Assembly (NCBI GenBank): GCA_030650025.1
Contig: JAUSEN010000015.1
Location: 13,728 to 77,727 of the forward strand
Origin: Candidatus Magasanikiibacteriota bacterium
GTDB lineage: Bacteria > Patescibacteriota > Patescibacteriia > Magasanikbacterales > GWA2-37-8
Direction: 5' to 3'
DNA: 64,000 bases
The translations under genes and the position numbers were made by a program. Positions 19,739-27,681 of this stretch are shown one piece after another. Below the pieces are notes generated by a model that was not told the origin of the DNA, made no database searches, and was given only the letters and a program-made list of their open reading frames with translations. The first letter of the stretch is position 1. The number at the start of each line of letters is the position of its first letter.

Positions 19739-22003
19739 TTATTTAAAGTTGGCAATAGTTACTTTATCTTGCGCCGCCAGTTTGGCAATTTTATCAGCGG
19801 CGGCAAAGCGGTTGGTTTTGGCTAAGTTATTCAAAGTTATCACCACGTACTGTTTTTTGGTTTTTTTACTTTCTATTAGCATTACGAGCGTAGCGCCCCC
19901 TTCGTCCGTATAGCCGGTTTTACTGGACTTTACCGTGTAATATTTGTTTTTTAAGCGTAATAGTTGGTTGGTATTCAAAAGGTTCTGTATTCGTACTTTA
20001 CCACCAGTTTGTTTAATTGTCACGCGGTAATTTACCTGGCTCATGGCTTTACGCACCGTGTCATTTTTAGCAGTTTTTATAAAAATTTTTAAGAGATCGC
20101 GAGCCGTAGTTTGGTTATCCGCGCTTAAGCCGGTTGGTTCGACTATCGAGGTATTATCCGCGCCCCAGGACGCTAAGCGGTCATTGATTCTGGCTACAAA
20201 ATCTTGCTCGGTGCCGGCGGATAATCTGGCGATTATCTTCGCCGCCGCGTTTACGGACCCCACATACATGGCATTCCAAAGGTCGCCTCGGCTCATTGAG
20301 TCCCGCGCTGTTAATTTGAGAATATTATTTTCCGCGCTGTCGAGCTTTGTGTTATAAGTGATCATTTTTTTATCAGGCACAAAATCCTGCTCCAGCGCTT
20401 CATAGCCAGTTAAAATTTTAGTTATAGAGGCTAAGGGGTAGCGGATATCCACATTTTTACCAGCCAAAATTCTCCCGCTCGGATATTCCGCCAAGAGATA
20501 GCTGCCCGCGGTCGTGGAAATTGAATTTAAAATCGGGCCGCCCGCGTCCCCCAAATATTTATTTTTCGAAGACAAGAGCGCCGAATTAATGAAAATTCCT
20601 TCTCCAGAGGGGAGCGTCGCCAGCGTTAAATTATCGGTAAAAATTATATTTGAGCGCTTGTATCCGAGCGCCCTAAAAGTTTCATCATCCGCGATCCGCC
20701 GGCGTTTGCCCTTTTCTATCACGTAGACAACATTACTGCCTTTCACTTGCAACATAGTGCCATCGGGGAAGGGGAGGGGGAGAGCCGCGATTTCCAAATC
20801 AGCAATTTCGCTGGCTCGCCTTTTTTCCATGGGCACGCTTTTCAATTTCACTTCAAGCAGTACCTCATTGGTGATCGGATATAAAATATTATCTTTTATA
20901 AAATAATATTTCTTAATGTCAGTCACATTAAGAACTAACCCTTCCGGGGCAGTGGTAGAAACGGTGATAGGGGAGCCAATCATATACCCGGCAATGTCAG
21001 TGTCGCTAATCTCCACAATTTCTTGGGGGTTATAGCCGAGCGCCCGGACCACTGCTTCCGAGGCAAATGGCCGGAGCGTGTCATAATCTAAGAGATAGGT
21101 TGAAGTCGAAGTTTGAAGCAGAGAATAATTGGGGAATAATAAATCCACTCCAGTCGCGTACGCCGACAGGTCAGAGCTCGCGACTTCAATCGCGATCTTG
21201 GGGTTTAGGCGGCTGACTAAAGCGCCCATATTGGCAAATTTTCTTTTCACGCCGTCTTGCACTAGCCAGTAAGTATTATCGTCGAGCGACTTGAGGAGCG
21301 TGCCATTAGGGTAAAACATTTCAAACCAGGTGCTCCAAATACGCCAAAAATTTTGATTCCCATGAATATGTGGCGTGTAGGTGTACAAAAAAGCTGTCGC
21401 CCAACTTTGCGGCGTCACCGCTCGGTTGTCAATGACAATGGGAGCGTCTTTCTTTTTTACAACGGGGTGCGTTTGGTTATCATAATACCAGCGAATAATT
21501 CCCGCCGCGTTGTTCACTTGCCGCCCAAAGCCGCGGTATTTTTGAAGGCGACTTTCGTCCATACTACACGCGTCGCAAATGCCATAGCCCGCGGCCCAAT
21601 CCAATTGTTTTTGGGTAGGGGAATCGTCAGTAATTAAACTTTGTTCTTTTTGGAGCGTTACCAGAATATATTTAGGGTTAACCTGGTAGGTATTGGCGGC
21701 GTCGTAGATTATCTCGGCCGCGGTTTTGACAGCGCCGTTAAAATCAGGGCAAGAGTAACTCGCCAAAAAACTGCCGCGGCGCTCTAAAAAATCCTGAATA
21801 TCGCGCGTTGTCCAGTTAGTGGCATTTTGCATTTCTTGGTCCGAAATAATCAAGTGTGGGTTAAAATCCGCCTGTGCTAGGGACGCTAGAGGAACCAACG
21901 TCAGCGTTATAACGCCAATTACTAAACCAAAAATAGCGATGTTTTTGAAGATCGTTTTCATGAGTCTATTATAACATAGACTAAGCAAACAAAAAATAGA
22001 CAT
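19739..22003 (-). CDS. secreted D-alanyl-D-alanine carboxypeptidase (peptidase S11/PBP5-like) with about 480-aa N-terminal repeat-containing extension
   Basis: Signal/TM at N-terminus; C-terminal S11 motifs SITK (SxxK), SAEN-like region, KTGYT (KTG); N-terminal region with about 3 imperfect 40-50-aa repeats (WLVQDGVKRKF..., YYFIKDNILYPI..., VVYVIEKGKRRRI...). Confidence 0.7.
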   Translation of the reverse strand: MSIFCLLSLCYNRLMKTIFKNIAIFGLVIGVITLTLVPLASLAQADFNPHLIISDQEMQNATNWTTRDIQDFLERRGSFLASYSCPDFNGAVKTAAEIIYDAANTYQVNPKYILVTLQKEQSLITDDSPTQKQLDWAAGYGICDACSMDESRLQKYRGFGRQVNNAAGIIRWYYDNQTHPVVKKKDAPIVIDNRAVTPQSWATAFLYTYTPHIHGNQNFWRIWSTWFEMFYPNGTLLKSLDDNTYWLVQDGVKRKFANMGALVSRLNPKIAIEVASSDLSAYATGVDLLFPNYSLLQTSTSTYLLDYDTLRPFASEAVVRALGYNPQEIVEISDTDIAGYMIGSPITVSTTAPEGLVLNVTDIKKYYFIKDNILYPITNEVLLEVKLKSVPMEKRRASEIADLEIAALPLPFPDGTMLQVKGSNVVYVIEKGKRRRIADDETFRALGYKRSNIIFTDNLTLATLPSGEGIFINSALLSSKNKYLGDAGGPILNSISTTAGSYLLAEYPSGRILAGKNVDIRYPLASITKILTGYEALEQDFVPDKKMITYNTKLDSAENNILKLTARDSMSRGDLWNAMYVGSVNAAAKIIARLSAGTEQDFVARINDRLASWGADNTSIVEPTGLSADNQTTARDLLKIFIKTAKNDTVRKAMSQVNYRVTIKQTGGKVRIQNLLNTNQLLRLKNKYYTVKSSKTGYTDEGGATLVMLIESKKTKKQYVVITLNNLAKTNRFAAADKIAKLAAQDKVTIANFK

Positions 22004-22015
22004 AATAAGTTAAAA

Positions 22016-22033
22016 ATGCTAAAATTTTAGCAT
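22016..22033. promoter_or_regulatory. perfect 18-bp palindrome ATGCTAAAATTTTAGCAT overlapping arfB start codon (candidate operator)
   Basis: Read directly; located in divergent intergenic region between the S11 peptidase gene and arfB. Confidence 0.35.
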
Positions 22034-22424
22034 GATCAAAGAGAGCGAACTCAAAATTAATTTTGTCCGTTCCCCTGGCCCGGGCGGGCAGAATGTTAAC
22101 AAAACCTCAACCAAAGCTATGGTGCGCTGGGGAGTTGGCGCTTCGCGTTTTTTTAATAATGCCGAGAAAGCCAGAATCCGTCTTAAACTCGCTAATCGCC
22201 TTAATAGCGCCGACGAAATTATAGTTACTAGTTCTGCCGAGCGTTCCCAACTGCAAAATAAAAATAAAGCGATTTTGCGTTTAAATTTTTTAATAAGTAA
22301 TGCTTTAATCATACCCAAAACCCGCCGTGCCACCAAACCCACCCGCGCCTCGCGGCTTAAACGCCTAGAGCGCAAAACCAAGCGCTCGCTGGTTAAGCGC
22401 GCGCGGCGAATCATTCTCGATTGA
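22032..22424 (+). CDS. arfB: peptidyl-tRNA hydrolase ArfB (alternative ribosome rescue factor, RF-1 domain)
   Basis: GGQ motif SPGPGGQNVNKT plus basic C-terminal tail; about 130 aa as in ArfB/YaeJ. Confidence 0.75.
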   Translation: MIKESELKINFVRSPGPGGQNVNKTSTKAMVRWGVGASRFFNNAEKARIRLKLANRLNSADEIIVTSSAERSQLQNKNKAILRLNFLISNALIIPKTRRATKPTRASRLKRLERKTKRSLVKRARRIILD

Positions 22425-22430
22425 TTATTT

Positions 22431-25064
22431 TTATTTTATCACCACCTTGCCTTTTTCAGCCGAAATTAGAGCGGTGTCTCCGGGGTTAATACTGCCGCTG
22501 ATAATTTTTAAAGCCAGCGGGTCTAACATGTCGGTCTGAATCAAGCGCTTCAAGGGCCGCGCGCCATAATCAACATTAAAACCAGCCTTGGTTAAATATT
22601 TTTTGATAGCGGCGTCAAAGTTCAAAGTAATTTTTTGTTCTCCTAAACGCTTAGCGACTTCCGCGAGGCGCAGGTCCACAATTTGTTCAATGTCTTTTTC
22701 GCTCAAGGATTCAAAGACAATCGTCTCGTCCACGCGGTTAAGAAATTCCGGTTTAAAGGTTTCTTTAAGCACCTCCATAATTTGCGAGTTTATCAACTCG
22801 CGTTCTCTCTTACTTGATTTTGATTGGCCGTCCGCGAAACCAAATTCGCCTTTCTTGTGCCGGTCAAGAATTAAGTGGCTCCCCAAATTACTGGTCATAA
22901 TAATAATAGTATTTTTGAAATTTACTTTGCGACCCTTAGCGTCAGTTACATGGCCGTCGTCCAAAATTTGGAGTAGCACGTTAAATACATCCGGGTGCGC
23001 TTTTTCAATTTCGTCAAATAAAATAACCGCGTAAGGCCGGCGCCGCACAATCTCCGTCAGTTGGCCGCCTTCTTCATAGCCCACATACCCCGGGGGCGAG
23101 CCAATAATTTTGGAAACCGCGTGCTTTTCCATATACTCGCTCATATCCACCCGAACCAGAGCGTCTTCCGTGTCAAACATAAATTCCGCCAGTGTTTTCG
23201 CCAGTTCTGTTTTACCAACACCCGTTGGCCCGAGGAAAATAAACGAACCAATCGGGCGCTTCTCTTCGCCAATGCCCGCGCGCGAGCGGCGAATGGCGTT
23301 GGCTACTGCTCGGATCGCTTCCGTTTGCCCCACGACTCGTTTACTTAAAATATCTTCTAACTCTGTTAATTTTTGAGTTTCGGTTTTGAGCATTTTTTGC
23401 ACGGGTATGTGCGTCCAGCGCGCGACCACTCCGGCCACATCCTCATCCGTTACCTCTTCTTTTAAAATTCCATGGCTCTTTTGCATCTGGGTAAGCTTCA
23501 ATTCCGTGTCTTTGAGGTCTCGTAAAATATCGGGAATGCGGCCATAGCGGATCTCGGCCACTTTTTGCAAATCGCCTTTGCGCTCTTCAATCTCGGCCTG
23601 TTGTTTTAATTTGTCAACGTCTTTTTTAAAGGCATGAATTTTTGTGATTAACTCTTTCTCATTCTTCCACTTGGCTTCTAAGCCCAAACTGTTCTCCTGC
23701 AAATTAGCTAGTTCACTTTCGACTTTGGCTAAACGCTCTTTAGAATCCGGGTCAGTTTCTTTGGCCAGGGCGCGTTTTTCGATCTCGAGTTTAGTAGTGG
23801 CGCGCTTCATGCGGTCGAGGTCCTCGGGCATGGAATCAATCTGGAGGCGTAGCGCCGCCGCCGCTTCATCAATTAAATCAATGGCTTTATCCGGTAAAAA
23901 GCGGTCCGTGATATAGCGCTCCGAGAGTTTAACCGCCGCTAATATGGCCGCGTCCGTAATGCGGACGCCGTGGTGAACTTCGTACTTATCTTTAATCCCG
24001 CGTAAAATTGCCACGGTATCGTCGCTTGAGGGCTCGTTGACCATCACGGGCTGGAAGCGGCGCTCGAGCGCGGCGTCTTTTTCAATATGTTTCTGGTATT
24101 CTTTAAGAGTCGTGGCGCCAATCGTATGGAGTTCGCCGCGTGCCAGCATGGGTTTCAGCATGTTCGAGGCGTCAATCGCGCCTTCCGACGCTCCGGCTCC
24201 GACAATCGTATGAAGTTCGTCAATAAATAAAATAATCTTCCCGGCCGAATTATTAATTTCTTTTAAAACCGCCTTCAGGCGTTCTTCAAATTCGCCGCGA
24301 AATTTTGTGCCCGCCACCAAAGCGCCAACATCTAAGGTGATGACGTCTTTATTTTTGAGAGATTCCGGCACATCGCCATTAACAATCCGCTGGGCTAAAC
24401 CTTCCACGATCGCGGTTTTGCCTGTGCCCGGCTCACCAATTAAAACCGGATTATTCTTGGTGCGCCGCGAAAGAATTTGCATGACGCGGCGAATTTCTTC
24501 ATCGCGCCCAATGACCGGATCAATTTTTTCTTTGCGCGCCAGGTCTGTTAAATTTTTGCCATATTTTTCTAAAGCATTGTACTTGGCTTCGGGCTCTGGC
24601 GAATCGACTTTCTGTGACCCTCGGATCGTGGCTAAAATTTTTAGCGCCGCTTCATAATTTACCGCGTAAGTTTGGAGAATCTCGCTGATCGGATTTTTGC
24701 CAGTTAAAAATGCCAAGAGTAAATGTTCGACGCTAATATATTCGTCGCCCATTTTTTTAGCTTCCGCGGCCGCGGTTTGAAATACGTGTACCATTGGCTG
24801 CCCGAGCATTACTTGCCCCATGGCGCTTTGCGACCAACCTTGTTGTTTGGGGAGTTGATTAACGAGATTAGCCACCTGGCTTTCCAAAACTGGCAGGGGA
24901 GTGTTTAATTTTTGTAATAGCGACACCACCACGCTATCCTGATCCTTCAACAGCGCCAAAAATAAATGTGGCGGTTCAACTTGCTGTTGGCCGTTAGTAT
25001 TGGCAATACTGGCCGCGGTCTGAATCGCTTCTTGGGATTTATGCGTAAAATTTTGGGGGATCAT
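22431..25064 (-). CDS. clpB: ATP-dependent chaperone ClpB
   Basis: 877 aa; two AAA+ modules ([29 protein letters not shown]), coiled-coil middle domain, Clp N domain. Confidence 0.95.
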   Translation of the reverse strand: MIPQNFTHKSQEAIQTAASIANTNGQQQVEPPHLFLALLKDQDSVVVSLLQKLNTPLPVLESQVANLVNQLPKQQGWSQSAMGQVMLGQPMVHVFQTAAAEAKKMGDEYISVEHLLLAFLTGKNPISEILQTYAVNYEAALKILATIRGSQKVDSPEPEAKYNALEKYGKNLTDLARKEKIDPVIGRDEEIRRVMQILSRRTKNNPVLIGEPGTGKTAIVEGLAQRIVNGDVPESLKNKDVITLDVGALVAGTKFRGEFEERLKAVLKEINNSAGKIILFIDELHTIVGAGASEGAIDASNMLKPMLARGELHTIGATTLKEYQKHIEKDAALERRFQPVMVNEPSSDDTVAILRGIKDKYEVHHGVRITDAAILAAVKLSERYITDRFLPDKAIDLIDEAAAALRLQIDSMPEDLDRMKRATTKLEIEKRALAKETDPDSKERLAKVESELANLQENSLGLEAKWKNEKELITKIHAFKKDVDKLKQQAEIEERKGDLQKVAEIRYGRIPDILRDLKDTELKLTQMQKSHGILKEEVTDEDVAGVVARWTHIPVQKMLKTETQKLTELEDILSKRVVGQTEAIRAVANAIRRSRAGIGEEKRPIGSFIFLGPTGVGKTELAKTLAEFMFDTEDALVRVDMSEYMEKHAVSKIIGSPPGYVGYEEGGQLTEIVRRRPYAVILFDEIEKAHPDVFNVLLQILDDGHVTDAKGRKVNFKNTIIIMTSNLGSHLILDRHKKGEFGFADGQSKSSKRERELINSQIMEVLKETFKPEFLNRVDETIVFESLSEKDIEQIVDLRLAEVAKRLGEQKITLNFDAAIKKYLTKAGFNVDYGARPLKRLIQTDMLDPLALKIISGSINPGDTALISAEKGKVVIK

Positions 25065-25079
25065 ACTTGTTTGTCACTT

Positions 25080-25106
25080 TAGCACTCACATAACTAGAGT
25101 GATAAT
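25080..25106. promoter_or_regulatory. CIRCE-like inverted repeat (putative HrcA operator) upstream of clpB
   Basis: TTAGCACTC-N9-GAGTGATAA, one mismatch from consensus TTAGCACTC-N9-GAGTGCTAA, 16 nt upstream of clpB start. Confidence 0.5.
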
Positions 25107-25141
25107 TTAGTATAGCAATACTTGTTTTTCTTGTCAAATAG

Positions 25142-25150
25142 TGCTAAAAT
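25142..25150 (+). promoter_or_regulatory. candidate extended -10 (TGcTAAAAT) for HAD-GT26 gene
   Basis: TGcTAAAAT about 34 nt upstream of ATG 25184. Confidence 0.3.
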
Positions 25151-25183
25151 AGCTTAAAATAAAAGATAAAATAAGGTAAAATT

Positions 25184-26632
25184 ATGATCAAAAACATCAT
25201 TTTCGACTGGTCTGGAGTCGTCAATAATAACTTCGCACAATCATGTGAAGCGGTTAATTATGTGTTGCGGCATTTTAACGTCCCTGCCATGACTCTCGAG
25301 GAAATCAAGGCCGACTGGATTCAGCCTTATATGCTGTTTTATTCGGCTCGCATTCCGCATTTAGATATCGAAAAAGAAAAAGAATTATTTTATCTTTCTT
25401 ACAACGAAGCTATTAAAACCACTCCCAATACGGCTTTTGCGGGCATGCCCGAGATGTTAAAACTTTTTCAAGCCGCCGGACTAAATATGATAATTATTTC
25501 GAGCGACCATCCGGGGACGCTGGCGGACGATCTCGACAAATTTGGCCTCAACGGGGTTTTTAACGAAGTATTTGCCGATGTTCATGATAAGCGCGTCGGG
25601 CTCCAAGATATAATGACCAAACACAATTTTAAAAATTCTGAAACTGTTTTTATCGGCGACTCGACGCACGAAGTTGAATCCGGCCAAAGCGCCAACATGT
25701 TAACTTGCGCCGTCACCTGGGGGTTCCAAAATAAAGATAAACTACTCGCCGCGCGCCCGGATTTTTTAGCTGAATCAGTCGCGGAATTAAAAAATATTAT
25801 TCTTCACCGCCACGCCCCGGCCACCAATGTTTTGGGTGTTCGCGTCAGCTTGCTCGATCAAACCACTGCTTTGCGGATAGCCAGCAATTATTTAAAATCT
25901 AACTACCAGTATCATATTTTTACCCCGAACCCTGAAATGCTCGTCAAAGCCGCCTCTGATCATTATTTTCGTGACATTCTCAACACCGGCAACCTGAATT
26001 TATGCGATGGCTTCGGCTTGTGGCTGGCGCTCAAGCTATCCTCGTTCAAATTGTCATTTCGACCGGAGTCCGGACAAAGTCCGGACGGAGTGGAGAAATC
26101 TAGTGCGCGTATCACCGGCGTCGATTTCATGTTCGACTTATGCGCTCTCGCCGCGCGCGAGAATAAAAAAATATTTTTACTTGGCTCTGGTAATAGGGAA
26201 GTGGCTAGTAAAACAAAAGACGCTCTGCAATCAAAATTCCCTAAACTTAATATTATTGGTGTTCATCCTTGGCTGACTATCACAGAAGATGTGGTAACTG
26301 GCAAATTGATCTTAAACGAACTCGAAAATACGCGCCTTCTTGAAGAAATCAAATCCGCCAGCCCGGACATTTTATTTGTCGCCTTTGGCATGGGCAAGCA
26401 AGAAAAATGGATTCACGAATATGCCACGCAAATACCAAGCCTTAAAATTGCCATGGGTGTGGGCGGGGCGTTTGATTATATCTCTGGCAAAATTCCCCGC
26501 GCGCCTAGACTAATGCGCAAAGTTGGGCTAGAATGGCTGTATCGTTTAATCCGCGAACCTCGCCGGGCAGGACGGATTTTTAACGCAACTATTAAATTTT
26601 TATACTATGTTGGAAAGGGATCCGGTAAATGA
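25184..26632 (+). CDS. fusion protein: HAD-superfamily hydrolase domain + WecG/TagA/CpsF (GT26) glycosyltransferase domain
   Basis: N-terminus IIFDWSGVV (HAD motif I with DxS), ...FIGDS motif; C-terminal GT26 region (VLGVRVSLLDQTTALRIA, NLCDGFGLWLALKL, IFLLGSGN, MGKQEKWI); contains a 20-aa insert encoded by palindromic element D. Confidence 0.7.
   Translation: MIKNIIFDWSGVVNNNFAQSCEAVNYVLRHFNVPAMTLEEIKADWIQPYMLFYSARIPHLDIEKEKELFYLSYNEAIKTTPNTAFAGMPEMLKLFQAAGLNMIIISSDHPGTLADDLDKFGLNGVFNEVFADVHDKRVGLQDIMTKHNFKNSETVFIGDSTHEVESGQSANMLTCAVTWGFQNKDKLLAARPDFLAESVAELKNIILHRHAPATNVLGVRVSLLDQTTALRIASNYLKSNYQYHIFTPNPEMLVKAASDHYFRDILNTGNLNLCDGFGLWLALKLSSFKLSFRPESGQSPDGVEKSSARITGVDFMFDLCALAARENKKIFLLGSGNREVASKTKDALQSKFPKLNIIGVHPWLTITEDVVTGKLILNELENTRLLEEIKSASPDILFVAFGMGKQEKWIHEYATQIPSLKIAMGVGGAFDYISGKIPRAPRLMRKVGLEWLYRLIREPRRAGRIFNATIKFLYYVGKGSGK
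26048..26103. repeat. palindromic element D (short member of TTGTCATT-terminated family) inserted in-frame in GT26 domain
   Basis: AAATTGTCATTTCGACC + GGAGTCCGGACAAAGTCCGGAC palindromes + GAGAAATCT; shares left terminus and AATCT motif with element A at 49268. Confidence 0.45.
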
Positions 26633-27173
26633 ACAACCAAAAAGACTCATTGTTGAAGTTGGGTCAGGAGGTGTCTCGGCGTTGAGTTTAGGAACACGGG
26701 GTAAAAAAGATGACGAAGTATTTGTTAGTCTTGATTTAGATCCAAATCAGGTTAGAGATGAAAAAGATGCCCATGTAATTGTAGCTGATGGGACAAACTT
26801 ACCGTTTGCCGATAAGTGTGTCGATGAATTAATTTATACTAATGTTTTTGGAGACCACCATCTTCAAAAGCCGGAGAAAATGTTAACAGAGGCGCAACGC
26901 GTGCTTAAACCAGAAGGATTTGTTTTTATTACTGAAACTTATACCCCGAAAAAAATGGCTCAAACACTCGGGGTCTCTTTACGGAGATCTGAATTGGAAA
27001 AACAAGGTCATATGAAATGGGAGTTAATAAAAGTAGACGATAGCGGTTTATTAGATTCTTCCGGATTCATTATTGATAGTTGGTCAGGCGCCCCAGACGA
27101 CGTGGCTCAATTTGAAAGATATTTCGGTAAACCATGGGGCGGTATTGCGATAAAACTAAAGAAAAAAAGTTAA
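26607..27173 (+). CDS. class I SAM-dependent methyltransferase (compositionally atypical)
   Basis: Motif I VEVGSGG, acidic loop, VADGTNLPFADKCVDELI (motif II/III region); lower GC and frequent AGA/GGA codons unlike neighbours; overlaps upstream gene by 26 nt. Confidence 0.6.
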   Translation: MLERDPVNEQPKRLIVEVGSGGVSALSLGTRGKKDDEVFVSLDLDPNQVRDEKDAHVIVADGTNLPFADKCVDELIYTNVFGDHHLQKPEKMLTEAQRVLKPEGFVFITETYTPKKMAQTLGVSLRRSELEKQGHMKWELIKVDDSGLLDSSGFIIDSWSGAPDDVAQFERYFGKPWGGIAIKLKKKS

Positions 27174-27189
27174 TGTATTGTAGTTGTGT

Positions 27190-27210
27190 ATGACCCGTAC
27201 CCGTTTTGCC
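27190..27210 (+). repeat. direct repeat copy 1: duplicated gltX 5' end (ATGACCCGTACCCGTTTTGCC)
   Basis: 19/21 identical to gltX start at 27661-27681; would encode MTRTRFA then diverges. Confidence 0.6.
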
Positions 27211-27213
27211 CTT

Positions 27214-27241
27214 AACCCCCATGGTCAAACCCCCATGGTCA
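27214..27241 (+). repeat. perfect 2 x 14-bp tandem repeat AACCCCCATGGTCA
   Basis: Read directly. Confidence 0.7.
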
Positions 27242-27307
27242 TCTGTACAAAATTTTTTAAGTTTGGTATACTTAAATTGCTGAAATAAGCCAAATAAAAT
27301 TATACAC

Positions 27308-27523
27308 ATGAACTATATTACCATCCCAAAAACCGAGTATCGACAGCTTAAACGGCATGCGAGCGCGTTTCGAAATTTATCGGCGCAAATTTTTAAATCT
27401 GCTCTACGCGACCCCATTGCGGACGTCGTGGAAGATTTTAAAAAGACTGAAAGTTACACGAAAGGGTTTTTACGAGACTTAGAAAGTGGTCTGCGCAAGT
27501 CTTCCTACGCCAAGCGCGTATGA
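27308..27523 (+). CDS. small hypothetical protein (possibly Phd/YefM-like antitoxin fold; weak)
   Basis: 71-aa ORF between the duplicated gltX 5' ends; basic C-terminus; no strong motif. Confidence 0.35.
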   Translation: MNYITIPKTEYRQLKRHASAFRNLSAQIFKSALRDPIADVVEDFKKTESYTKGFLRDLESGLRKSSYAKRV

Positions 27524-27565
27524 TTATTAAGCCGTTGCGCGCAGATTTAAAGGACGTTCTATCTC

Positions 27566-27602
27566 GACGCCAGTTAGAATCGAAATCGGGCGTTATTTTT
27601 TA
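27566..27602 (+). terminator. weak candidate terminator after small ORF
   Basis: GACGCC...GGCGT stem followed by TATTTTTTATT. Confidence 0.3.
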
Positions 27603-27660
27603 TTGATAATGGCATGGCTGAAGTTTTTCAAATCACGAATCACTATAAGCGTTAATAATT

Positions 27661-27681
27661 ATGATCCGTACCCGTTTTGCT
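27661..27681 (+). repeat. direct repeat copy 2 (authentic gltX 5' end ATGATCCGTACCCGTTTTGCT)
   Basis: See copy 1. Confidence 0.6.

Noticed and set aside
22588-24908. Multiple 60-150-aa ORFs on the plus strand inside clpB (22588-23034, 23061-23376, 23644-23916, 24307-24657, 24723-24908)
   Set aside because: Antisense to a very high-confidence ClpB CDS; low-complexity Ser/Ala/Arg-rich translations typical of antisense frames; no motifs.
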